The notes under the pieces were generated by a model that was not told the origin of the DNA, did not search any database, and saw only the letters and a list, made by a program, of their open reading frames with translations. From Fidelibacterota bacterium (lineage in GTDB: Bacteria; Fidelibacterota; UBA2242), in contig JBNGDF010000019.1 in NCBI GenBank assembly GCA_049975265.1, positions 1 to 46,945 on the forward strand: a stretch of DNA of 46,945 bases, read 5' to 3'. Shown here in pieces: positions 26,572 to 35,482 of the stretch. Position numbers and translations under genes: made by a program. Each line of letters opens with the position of its first letter. Positions within the stretch are counted from its first letter, which is position 1.

Positions 26572-26700
26572 TTATATCTGGCAATCCCAGACATTAAAGA
26601 GAATAATGAAAAAGATGAGCAGGCTGAGCAGGATATAAAGTCCGGTCTTGACACCCGTTGTGATCCGAAAAGGTTTACGTTTTCTTCTGTGACTTGGCAT
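26572..26700 (-). CDS. Small (42 aa) single-pass membrane protein, not in the ORF track
   Basis: MPSHRRKRKPFRITTGVKTGLYILLSLLIFFIILFNVWDCQI*; GGAG RBS upstream; TTGCTT-N17-TATATT promoter-like element upstream. Confidence 0.55.
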   Translation of the reverse strand: MPSHRRKRKPFRITTGVKTGLYILLSLLIFFIILFNVWDCQI

Positions 26701-26741
26701 TTACGGTTTCTCCACCTTTGATATGATGATGGTAAATATAA

Positions 26742-27320
26742 CTATTCCTGTAACGCTAAGCAAAAATTTTGCCTTTTGGCGAGGTGATTCGCCATCATGA
26801 TCCAAAAAAATATCCACATGACGGCAAAGAGTGCACCAATCAGCATGCCAAAGAGAACATCCAACGGGTAGTGGACACCGACGTAAATCCGGCTGAATGA
26901 AATGAGCATAGCGACGGTGGCGAATCCGTATTTGTATTTACGATAGAAATAGACCAGGATCAGCATGGCACCGGTAATATTGGCGGCGTGATTTGAGGGA
27001 AATCCGTATTTGCCGCCGCGACCGACCAGCAGCCGGACGTCCTCAAGGGAGCGGGAGGGACGAATCCGCTTGAATGTCGGTTTCAGGACGCGATAGCAGA
27101 CCGGATCGGTTGTGGCAACTGTCAGCAGCAGCAGGAGGGCGGCAATCCGACCCCGCTTTTTCCCCAGGATCAAGAGCCCCAGCCAGATCATAAGGATGGG
27201 AATGATCCAGTGCGATTTTTCGGTGATAAAGGGCATCAACCAGTCGAAAACCGGATTGGCGAGGGATTGGTTGATAAAGTAAAACAGGGCTTTGTCGAAA
27301 GCGATCAGAGATGTTATCAT
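26742..27320 (-). CDS. PAP2-family phosphatase (undecaprenyl-PP phosphatase-like)
   Basis: 'K..FKRIRP', 'FPSNHA', 'SRIYVGVHYPLD'; TM helices. Confidence 0.92.
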   Translation of the reverse strand: MITSLIAFDKALFYFINQSLANPVFDWLMPFITEKSHWIIPILMIWLGLLILGKKRGRIAALLLLLTVATTDPVCYRVLKPTFKRIRPSRSLEDVRLLVGRGGKYGFPSNHAANITGAMLILVYFYRKYKYGFATVAMLISFSRIYVGVHYPLDVLFGMLIGALFAVMWIFFWIMMANHLAKRQNFCLALQE

Positions 27321-27654
27321 AATGCCGAAAGATAGAGGATTTTATTCAATTCTCAAACAGGAATATTATCACTATAATTGCGCTGATTGATAAGTCCGAA
27401 ATGGTCTTTTGGGAACCCCTCTTTGATTAGATTTGATCCGCTTACCGACCCTTTGCTGTAAGCATTTTTTTTCGGAACTGCAATTTCATAACCTCTACCA
27501 TTTGGTGAATAATTCAAAAATAGTTGTAAATTAATAGCTAAGTTTGATAAATGTGATAACACCTGCGATTGCTTTTTAACTGTAGAACATGAAGTAACGA
27601 ACGGAAAGGTGCTGTGTCCGCCAGAAGGTTTTAACGTTTAAACCGGTCCTGTTC

Positions 27655-29634
27655 ATGAAACACACTCTTAAAACAATATTTCTGACCAGCTTTGCGGTTA
27701 TCCTCCTGCTGTTTATTCTGTTTGTGGACACCACTTTTTACCACATTCCGTCGTTTATCAAAATCTACCGGGTCGAGCGGGAACTGATTATCTGTATCGC
27801 GGTTTTGATTATCTATTTCCGACTGAAACATTTTATTCATCACCACAAACTTACATTAAAAAAGATCCTGCTGACAATTTACGGACTGGTCATCTCTCTG
27901 TTCGGGGTTACCCTGCTGCCGCAGCTGGTTTTGAAAAGATATCTGGTTCTTTGGGATGAGAATCCCTTTCTGGCGGAATATCCTTTTATCTGGAATGTGG
28001 TGTCCGAATTTTGTACGGTTGCCACGATCTCCATATTTTTAACGATACTGATTTTGGTAAAGCGGCTGCTGGATTACCGTCCAAATCGCTATTCGAATTT
28101 TGAGTACCGGATATTGTCACTGACCGTTCTGTCTGCAGCATTGGTTTTTAATATTCTCGAAGATCGCTATACCTATGACCGCTTTGCCCTGCTGCAGCAT
28201 GCGAACTCGGCGTCAATCTGGATAATCGGCGGAGCGCTGATAATCATTACCCTGGTGATCAGCATCTACAAATCCTGGATTGATGTTCTTAATAAGAAAG
28301 AGAAGTACACCGGCTTTTTTCTATCTCTGAGTATCATTCCCGTCAGTCTGTATCTGCTGTTTTCCAATCTGCTGTTTCCTGTGTTCGTTTTCAGTATGAC
28401 GGTCAAGGGGTTTGTATTGGCGATGCTGGTTTTTATGAATATTTACGCGTTGACAGTGTTTATCGGATTCTTGTTTCGGCTGCCGTCAGCCTCGGTCTAC
28501 GACCGGGTAACAATGGAAATCCAATCGATTTCACAGATCAGTAAAATGATCAGTGAGGGTGCCAATATTGAATCCGTTTTTCAGACGATTGTCAGACACG
28601 CCTGCCGGTTGACATCGTCGGACGCCTGTTGGCTGTCTTTTGGCGGGCAGGTTCCCCGGACGAGCGGTATGGAGGCGTCGGTTCATCTGTCTGAACATGA
28701 AAAGTCGCAGCTGGCGCGGATGAATGTTGATTGCATCGGGGACCTCGTACGCCGGTCGCAGGAGACGCTGTTGATTCACAATCTCGACGAAGATGAACGT
28801 ACGGTCTATTTTCATGCCCTGTCCCTGAAGTGGCGTTCCATGATTGCGGTTCCGCTGTTGAAAGATGACCTGGTTGTGGGGGTACTCTATTCTGTGAAAA
28901 AACCGATTTACGCCTACGATGAAACCGATCTCCATACGCTGAAATCCTTTGCGGTTCAGATCAATATTGCTCTCAGTACATCGTCACTGATCAGAAAATC
29001 GGAACCGTCAGAGGATGACGGCACTGGAACAGAGCGGGTGAAAAAGGTGGTTGTCGATCCTTATGAGCTGTTTTTTATTATCGGTCAGGACAGTTATGCC
29101 GACCGGATATCCCTGCCTGACCGGCAAAACCTGTTCTTCCAAATAACTTCAATAGATTGTTCGCCGGAGGACCGGGTAGAGATCAGGGGCGTTTTGAAGA
29201 CGCTGTTTACGATGGAGCCGGAGCCTGCAGCGGCTTATGCGAAGGCTTGTCAGATGGTTTCGAAAGAGCATTCCGGTGCACGATTGACGGTGTTGATGCC
29301 GGACCCGACTGAAGAGAGGATTTTGCTTTTTTCCGGTGAACCGTACCGGGTCAGGAGAATTTATTCCGGGCACGACCGGGTCAGAATGGAGGATGTGGGT
29401 AGTGACGGTACCAGCGCTGCGACGCCGCATGATGATACCTCTTTGGCGCTGCGCCTGAAAAGCGGGCAGCTGCTGATCGGTTCGCCCCAACTGCTTGATC
29501 CGCCGGATCAACGCTGGTTGGACGGTCTGGCTGACCTGGAGCGGGAGCCCGGTACGATTGATCTGCTGCAAAAAATAAATCCTGAGCCCCGGTCAGGGTC
29601 AGGATTGCTATTCTGTATAAGGATAAAGAGCTGA
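27655..29634 (+). CDS. Multi-pass membrane sensor with GAF domain and degenerate SpoIIE/PP2C-like C-terminus
   Basis: About 8 hydrophobic helices; GAF motifs 'SMIAVPLLKDDLVVGVLY..YDETDLHTLKSFAVQINIAL'; the C-terminal region follows the SpoIIE layout but lacks its catalytic Asp motifs. Confidence 0.7.
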   Translation: MKHTLKTIFLTSFAVILLLFILFVDTTFYHIPSFIKIYRVERELIICIAVLIIYFRLKHFIHHHKLTLKKILLTIYGLVISLFGVTLLPQLVLKRYLVLWDENPFLAEYPFIWNVVSEFCTVATISIFLTILILVKRLLDYRPNRYSNFEYRILSLTVLSAALVFNILEDRYTYDRFALLQHANSASIWIIGGALIIITLVISIYKSWIDVLNKKEKYTGFFLSLSIIPVSLYLLFSNLLFPVFVFSMTVKGFVLAMLVFMNIYALTVFIGFLFRLPSASVYDRVTMEIQSISQISKMISEGANIESVFQTIVRHACRLTSSDACWLSFGGQVPRTSGMEASVHLSEHEKSQLARMNVDCIGDLVRRSQETLLIHNLDEDERTVYFHALSLKWRSMIAVPLLKDDLVVGVLYSVKKPIYAYDETDLHTLKSFAVQINIALSTSSLIRKSEPSEDDGTGTERVKKVVVDPYELFFIIGQDSYADRISLPDRQNLFFQITSIDCSPEDRVEIRGVLKTLFTMEPEPAAAYAKACQMVSKEHSGARLTVLMPDPTEERILLFSGEPYRVRRIYSGHDRVRMEDVGSDGTSAATPHDDTSLALRLKSGQLLIGSPQLLDPPDQRWLDGLADLEREPGTIDLLQKINPEPRSGSGLLFCIRIKS

Positions 29635-29653
29635 GCCGGAAGCCGGAACCGGT

Positions 29654-30844
29654 TTAGGGGTAGTCGGTCATCGGCTTGGTAATGTAGAGCAGCGGTTCTT
29701 TTTCCAGATTGATACGCAGCGGGGTTTTCAGTTTGCGTCCGTCGGCGTCTTCGATTACCTCCACCACCGGTCGGACCGGACGGAGGCGGTTGACGGTGAT
29801 GACCCGGGCAATCTCGTCCGAACTTAATTTCACGTAGCTGCCGACGGGAAACATGGAGACGCTGTTAACGAGTCCGCGAATGATTTTTACATTGAACTGT
29901 TTGGATTTATTTTCGATGATTTTCTGAATGGCATGATAGGTGATAAAGCCGTCGCGATAGGCGCGTCCATGGACCAGCGCTTCAAAAACGTCGGCAATGC
30001 CGATGACCTTGGCAAATTCGCAGATTTTTTCGGATTTCAATCCCTGGGGATAGCCGGAGCCATCTTCTCGTTCCTGCTCCTGGTAGGCGGCTTCGACGAC
30101 GTAAGGATAATCTTTTTCCAGATGCTTTAGCAGCTCGTAGCCGTTCTTTGGATGTTGCCGGATCTGGTCGAATTCAGTGGGACTCAATTTGCCATGTTTG
30201 AAAAGTATTTTCGTTGGAACCTTGATCATGCCTACATCGTGCAGCAGGGCTGCCAGTGCCAGGGAATGCAGTTTCTCTTTATCGAATTTCAGACCCAGAC
30301 CGATTTTGACGGCAAAAACGCCGACATTGACGGAATGAGAGATAAACCAGGTGGCGAACCGCTTACGCTGAATTGCTTTGATGAACAGAAATTCCTGGTT
30401 TTCAATCGCATCACAGAAATCCGGGATATCTTTAATCAGCGGGGTCGGATCAATGGGAGTTCTATTTTTTATATCATTGGAGATTTTTTCCATGTGGCGA
30501 TGGAAAGCCATGTATAATTTTGCAGAGTGTTGCTCATCGTCGGGAGAAAGTGGTTTTTCCTTTTTTTCTTCAAACTGCGCCGCCGGTTTTTCTTTCGGCT
30601 CCAGGGCTGTCTTGATTTTATCCAGCGTAGATTGTTGGGTTTCGCGTGGCTTTGCCTGAGGTTGTTCTCTTTGCTGCTTTTGCTGGTTCAGTCCGGCTTG
30701 AATGGCTTTGCGAATGGCGTCAAGTCCGCTCATATTGCTAGAACTGCCGGAGGAACCGGAGCCCGATTTATCCGCTTGGCGGGAAGCCGACGGATCATTC
30801 CGCAGTTCTTCATAAGACTTTAAAACTTCTTTCATTCGTACCAT
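29654..30844 (-). CDS. HD-GYP domain protein with atypical metal-binding motif
   Basis: 'HSVNV', 'LLHDVG', 'KHGKLS..EF..IRQHP', 'QEQEREDGSGYP', 'ADVFEAL..RAYR'; low-complexity N-terminus. Confidence 0.88.
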   Translation of the reverse strand: MVRMKEVLKSYEELRNDPSASRQADKSGSGSSGSSSNMSGLDAIRKAIQAGLNQQKQQREQPQAKPRETQQSTLDKIKTALEPKEKPAAQFEEKKEKPLSPDDEQHSAKLYMAFHRHMEKISNDIKNRTPIDPTPLIKDIPDFCDAIENQEFLFIKAIQRKRFATWFISHSVNVGVFAVKIGLGLKFDKEKLHSLALAALLHDVGMIKVPTKILFKHGKLSPTEFDQIRQHPKNGYELLKHLEKDYPYVVEAAYQEQEREDGSGYPQGLKSEKICEFAKVIGIADVFEALVHGRAYRDGFITYHAIQKIIENKSKQFNVKIIRGLVNSVSMFPVGSYVKLSSDEIARVITVNRLRPVRPVVEVIEDADGRKLKTPLRINLEKEPLLYITKPMTDYP

Positions 30845-30850
30845 GGCAGC

Positions 30851-31648
30851 CTACTTCTCAGATTCAATTACTCCGGTAATTGTATCCGCATCAATAGTCT
30901 CAAGGTGTTTTCCGAAACCGATAACCAGGCTCAAATCGCAGATATTGTTTATAGTCCGGGGTGTACCTTGTGAGTAATTATAGATTTCTTTAATGGCGGC
31001 GTCGGTATAAATCGGGGTGGTTCGTCCGGCGACACTTAGACGATACTGGATGTACTTTTTAGTCTCTTCCAGCGTAAAGCGTTTCAGATGATAGCGCACC
31101 GCGATTCGCTGGTTGAGCTGCGGAATTTTTTGAACAATGTCGTTGAGCTCCGGTTGCCCGACGAGGAACAGAGTCAGAAGAAATCGGTCGTTGAGCTGGA
31201 AATTCAGCAGCAGGCGTAGCTCCTCGAAGGTCTCGTAATCGCCGATAATCTGCGCTTCGTCAACGATAATGATGGTATGTTTGCCGTTACGGACATTTTC
31301 AAACAGAAAATCGTTCAGCGAATGGAGCATTTCGATTCGCTTCGTGCCTTCGGGTGTTATTTCCAGTTGATAGAGGATTTCCTGCACCAATTCATTGGCG
31401 CTCCAGCGCGGATTGGTCAGATAGGCAATGTCAAATTGCCCTGAGGAGAGCTCGCTGACGATGGTATGCATCAGCAGGGTCTTGCCGCAACCGTATTCGC
31501 CGGTGAGGAGTGCGCACCCCTTGGAACTCTGGATGGAGTAGAGGAGTCGCATGAGGGCTTCATCATGTTGAGCGGAATGATAGAGAAACCGCGGGTCCGG
31601 CGAGTTTTCGAAGGGTTTAATGGTTAATTTCCAATAGTCGGCGTACAT
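30851..31648 (-). CDS. Stand-alone ExeA/GspA-like AAA+ ATPase
   Basis: 'MY..YW.L..KPFEN.PDPRFLY', Walker A 'GEYGCGKT', Walker B 'IIVDEAQ', 'LVGQPEL', 'QRI', 'G.PR.IN.ICD'; no C-terminal peptidoglycan-binding domain. Confidence 0.9.
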   Translation of the reverse strand: MYADYWKLTIKPFENSPDPRFLYHSAQHDEALMRLLYSIQSSKGCALLTGEYGCGKTLLMHTIVSELSSGQFDIAYLTNPRWSANELVQEILYQLEITPEGTKRIEMLHSLNDFLFENVRNGKHTIIIVDEAQIIGDYETFEELRLLLNFQLNDRFLLTLFLVGQPELNDIVQKIPQLNQRIAVRYHLKRFTLEETKKYIQYRLSVAGRTTPIYTDAAIKEIYNYSQGTPRTINNICDLSLVIGFGKHLETIDADTITGVIESEK

Positions 31649-31696
31649 ATCAAATAGAGTTAGGCATTTTTAATGCATAAAAAAACCATTTTATTG

Positions 31697-32830
31697 TTAC
31701 CGGTTGGTTCTCTTCTCCATAAAAACTAAAAAAGCAACAACTGTGTAAAATATAATAATTCCTATGCTTAATGCAACAATACTTTCAAAATAGTCACCTC
31801 GCTTCAGCAGAAGTGATAGCAGACCCATGAGAACAGTGAAAAGGCAGAGAGTGATGACAACGGCTTTTGGTCGTAAGCCAATTGCCTTGAGTCGGTGGTG
31901 CAGGTGATCATTTCCGGCGAATTCGAGCAATTCGCGCAACGAACGAACCTTTTTCCTGATTATACGCATGATATTGGTCAAGAGTAAATCCGTAATCGGG
32001 ACGGCAAGCAGCAGGATGGGGATTGCCAGGTCCACGCTCTTGTGGACACCCCAGTCTCCATAGATTGCCAGTGCGGCGAGAGTGAAGCCGATAATCGTGC
32101 TGCCGGTATCGCCTAAAAAGATCAGCGCCTGATTTCCTAACCGAAAATTATAGAGGAAAAAACCGCTGACAGCTCCCATGAAAATCAGGCTGACGATAAA
32201 GACAAAGTGATTGCCAACAGACCAGGAGATTGCGGCGTAAAAAAAGCTGATCACGATTGCCAGACCACTCGCCAGACCGTCGAGACCGTCGAGAAAATTG
32301 ATGGCATTGGTGATTCCGATTATCCACAGAAAAGTCAGGATAATAGAAAATATACGCCAGAAGGGTTGATCGGGTATGAAGGAGATGATAATCCCATAGT
32401 AGATCAATACGACCGTTGCCAGAATCTGACCAATCAACTTGATAGAAGCGGGAATACTGTGAATATCGTCCAGGATGCCAAATCCGGCGATGATGGTGAT
32501 AGCCCAGAACAATCCCTGGAACTCCGGCGGCGGGTCGGTATAGATATGCAATGCCGAGACAAAGGTAATATAAATCGCTATCCCGCCCGTGCGGGGTGTC
32601 TCATCTTTGTGATGGTGACGTCCGCCCGGCTTATCGGTAATCTCCATAATCAGACCCAGTTTATAAAACAGCGGCACCAGACCGAAAGACATCAGAAAGG
32701 CGACCAGAAAATAGTAAATGAAACTGAGTTGATGCGTGAAGAACCAAGTTTGCGAAATATACGGCATCAGCATTGCCAGAACAAAAGGAAATACCAGCAG
32801 CCGGAAGTAAATGCGTTGCCTATCGGTCAT
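31697..32830 (-). CDS. WecA/TagO-like polyprenyl-phosphate HexNAc-1-P transferase (MraY family)
   Basis: 'D.PGGRHHH..TP..GG', 'GILDD', 'NAINFLDGLDGL', 'FLGDTGS', 'HLHHRL'. Confidence 0.9.
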   Translation of the reverse strand: MTDRQRIYFRLLVFPFVLAMLMPYISQTWFFTHQLSFIYYFLVAFLMSFGLVPLFYKLGLIMEITDKPGGRHHHKDETPRTGGIAIYITFVSALHIYTDPPPEFQGLFWAITIIAGFGILDDIHSIPASIKLIGQILATVVLIYYGIIISFIPDQPFWRIFSIILTFLWIIGITNAINFLDGLDGLASGLAIVISFFYAAISWSVGNHFVFIVSLIFMGAVSGFFLYNFRLGNQALIFLGDTGSTIIGFTLAALAIYGDWGVHKSVDLAIPILLLAVPITDLLLTNIMRIIRKKVRSLRELLEFAGNDHLHHRLKAIGLRPKAVVITLCLFTVLMGLLSLLLKRGDYFESIVALSIGIIIFYTVVAFLVFMEKRTNR

Positions 32831-33875
32831 CAGAATCTCCCAGTTTTTTCAGGACCGTCGTTACTATTTCGATCTCCCGGTTATTCATAGCGGGGAACAG
32901 GGGCACCGAGACCTGCTTTTGCCAGGCGGCTTCGGTATTCGGCAGAGAGGTGGAGCCTAAATAGGCATGAATCGGTTTGAATACCGGTCTCCGAAACGTA
33001 ACGGCTTGTTCTCTGGCGGTTTGGATCAGTTGATCCGCGTCTTGATGGGGATAGGCGGCGATACAACGAAATAAATTGGATTGAAAATGCGGATTCTGAT
33101 TGGGAAGAATGATCTGCGGGTCTGCAACGGTTCTGTATTTCGCCAGAATGTGCCGCCGTTTTGTGGTAAATTCCGGCAATTTTTCGAATTGACTCAGGGC
33201 GATGGCGGCGGTTATATCGCTCATCTTGGCATTGAGCCGCGGAATCAGTTCGGCTTTTTCATCGTATTCCCGGATATCCCGAAGATAATGGGCTGGCGCC
33301 GTTTCGTCGGTAAATATCATGCCACCCTCACCTGCTCCGAGAACCTTGGTGGCATAAAAGGAGACAATACTGAGTATCCCGAGACTTCCCACCGGTCGGT
33401 TATCGATAGTTGCCCCAATCGCCTGGGCGATGTCCTCAATAACCGGGACTCCCAGGCGAGTTACTTCCTGAACATAACCCGGTTGACCAAACATATGAGG
33501 GAAAATAACGGCTTTGGTCTTTTTGGTGATGCGTGATTTTACCTCATCGGGATCGAGATTATAGCTTTCTGTCTCAATATCGGCGAGCACCGGTGTGGCT
33601 TCCACTGCCCGGACGGCGTGCCATAGAGCAGTGCAGGTATAGCTGGGGATGATCACCTCATCACCGGATTTGATGTTCAGCACTTTTAATGCCAGGATCA
33701 GAGCGGTGGTACCCGATGATACGGCGATGCCGTGCTTTTTGCCGATGAAACCGGAGAGTACAGATTCCAGCTTCCGAACCTGGCTTTTTTGGGCGATGTA
33801 CCCGGATGCAATGACCGCCTGCGCAGCCTTACTCTCCTTTTCCGAAAAACTGGGACGATAATGGGGAACGATCAT
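32820..33875 (-). CDS. DegT/DnrJ/EryC1/StrS sugar aminotransferase
   Basis: 'SSGTTAL', 'GDEVIIPSYT', 'IEDIAQAIG', 'SFYATK..GEGG'. Confidence 0.9.
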   Translation of the reverse strand: MIVPHYRPSFSEKESKAAQAVIASGYIAQKSQVRKLESVLSGFIGKKHGIAVSSGTTALILALKVLNIKSGDEVIIPSYTCTALWHAVRAVEATPVLADIETESYNLDPDEVKSRITKKTKAVIFPHMFGQPGYVQEVTRLGVPVIEDIAQAIGATIDNRPVGSLGILSIVSFYATKVLGAGEGGMIFTDETAPAHYLRDIREYDEKAELIPRLNAKMSDITAAIALSQFEKLPEFTTKRRHILAKYRTVADPQIILPNQNPHFQSNLFRCIAAYPHQDADQLIQTAREQAVTFRRPVFKPIHAYLGSTSLPNTEAAWQKQVSVPLFPAMNNREIEIVTTVLKKLGDSDDR

Positions 33876-34513
33876 ATGTTGATAAACAGTCTTAATGAGT
33901 GGAACGCTTCTGCATAGGCGACACGTGCCTGAACACCCCGGAAGTGTGCCGCCGATTTGGCAACCTCGAGAATGGAGACGCCTGAGATATTAGTGCGGTC
34001 AATTTGCGATTCGTGGGCTTGCAGGGATTTGATTTTCATATCCAGGTATTGCTGACCAATATCCACAAACACATTGGGCTGGAAGTTCTGACTGGTCGGC
34101 GTCTCGTAGTACAGCACATTGCGAATATAGCGGGTGGCTGAATTGGTGATCGATGCTATATGCCGGTGGTCCTGATGAGTGTCATCAAAATAATTTATAA
34201 AGATACTATCCGGTTTGGTCTTATGGATAATATCTTCGATTTTCATGATTGCTTCCTTGTTGATTTGGAGCTCCGTATCGACGTAGCCGCCCCAAAATAT
34301 ATTGCGGACCTGCAAAATCTTTGCGGCATCTTCCGCCTCTTTTCGACGGATTTCAGCCTTTCCGGTGCCGGCACTGCCGTCGGTGGCAATAAACATATAG
34401 ATGTAGTGACCGTAGGAGGCATATTTTGCCAGTGTGCCGCCGCAGCCGATTTCGATGTCATCGGGATGAGCGCCAATTGCCAGTATGTTCATTTTTTTAA
34501 AGCGCGTTTTCAT
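33872..34513 (-). CDS. PIG-L/LmbE family N-deacetylase
   Basis: 'GAHPDDIEIGCGGT', 'R..E', 'DTHQDH', 'AHESQ'. Confidence 0.9.
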   Translation of the reverse strand: MKTRFKKMNILAIGAHPDDIEIGCGGTLAKYASYGHYIYMFIATDGSAGTGKAEIRRKEAEDAAKILQVRNIFWGGYVDTELQINKEAIMKIEDIIHKTKPDSIFINYFDDTHQDHRHIASITNSATRYIRNVLYYETPTSQNFQPNVFVDIGQQYLDMKIKSLQAHESQIDRTNISGVSILEVAKSAAHFRGVQARVAYAEAFHSLRLFINI

Positions 34514-35208
34514 CGAATTCCTCCTTGGATGATTTTCCGACTTTCCGGTCCCAGGTTGAACAGCAGGTCCAGAACCGACAGATGGCTGGTGAAATCGCCA
34601 AATTGCTGTGGATAGGAGGGATGTTGGAAATCCTGGAAAAGTAGCCGAATATTTTTCTGCGGAAACAGTCCGGTGTCCAGGTAGTCGCGTCCGCCGGCGC
34701 CCGACAGATAGGTGTCGGCATGACAGAGCTGCGTCAGAAAAATCAAACGCTCGTCGGCGTTGAGATTGTCATGATTCTGCAACTCTTCGATCTCCGAGGC
34801 AATCAGCAGCGGTGTGTCGACATTCAGTATTTCGAAAGCCCAGCGGATACCAGCCAAATTAAATTCTGCCAGAAATTGCCAATCCTTTTCGTAGAGTTGC
34901 TCCAATTCCGGTAGATAATGGTGAAAGTAGGGAGCTTTGCTGTAATTGCTTTTCAGAGCCTGGATATGTTTATGCCGCCAGTTGATCCGGTCGTTGATTC
35001 GCACATCTTTGATGAGTTGCCCGAAATGATGAATAACCGGGACGGTCAGCCACTGGGGACCGTTGGCGGATTTTATCCGATTGCGATTTTGCCACTCATT
35101 TTTTTTAAATTGAACATTATCAAGGATTACAAACGTATCCGCCTGCATTATTTTGGCGAAATAGCCAAGCCAGGGAAAGGTCTGGGGCTGATGAACGGCA
35201 CAAATCAT
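34510..35208 (-). CDS. WbqC-family protein (putative sugar N-glycyltransferase)
   Basis: 'HQP..PWLGYF.K', 'QNRNRIK', 'WLTVPV', 'YLSG.GGRDY', 'YPQ', 'LS.LDLLFN.G'. Confidence 0.9.
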   Translation of the reverse strand: MICAVHQPQTFPWLGYFAKIMQADTFVILDNVQFKKNEWQNRNRIKSANGPQWLTVPVIHHFGQLIKDVRINDRINWRHKHIQALKSNYSKAPYFHHYLPELEQLYEKDWQFLAEFNLAGIRWAFEILNVDTPLLIASEIEELQNHDNLNADERLIFLTQLCHADTYLSGAGGRDYLDTGLFPQKNIRLLFQDFQHPSYPQQFGDFTSHLSVLDLLFNLGPESRKIIQGGIR

Positions 35209-35289
35209 ATTATTCGCTTGATTATTGTCGATTGATGAATTATTTTGGCTTGGAAATAGTGAATGGGTGAAATGTTAATTGGAGGAAAT

Positions 35290-35475
35290 ATGGGAACAAT
35301 TATTAAGAGCTGCATGATTCTGGCGGTTATTTCGCTGATTCTGGGGTTGGTTTCACGTTTTACGCTGAGACCCTTTTTTGTCGAGGCTCAGGCTTATTTA
35401 CAATTTGCCCAGTTTTGCTTTCTGGCAGCGATAACCTTTTTATTATATAAAATAGCCTATAAAACCGAGGATTAA
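35290..35475 (+). CDS. Small two-TM membrane protein, hypothetical
   Basis: 61-aa ORF after a GGAGG RBS, with two hydrophobic helices. Confidence 0.7.
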   Translation: MGTIIKSCMILAVISLILGLVSRFTLRPFFVEAQAYLQFAQFCFLAAITFLLYKIAYKTED

Positions 35476-35482
35476 TCCCCGT

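Noticed and set aside
26421..26721. ORF-track calls 26421-26654 (-) and 26491-26721 (+)
   Set aside because: Neither has an RBS or motifs; the 42-aa ORF at 26572-26700 has better translation signals.
27321..27654. 333-nt AT-rich intergenic region and ORF 27353-27562
   Set aside because: Consistent with a divergent promoter region; no riboswitch or structured RNA recognised.
29630..29655. Short GCCGGA-like tandem repeats between the convergent genes
   Set aside because: Too short and irregular to call a repeat or terminator.
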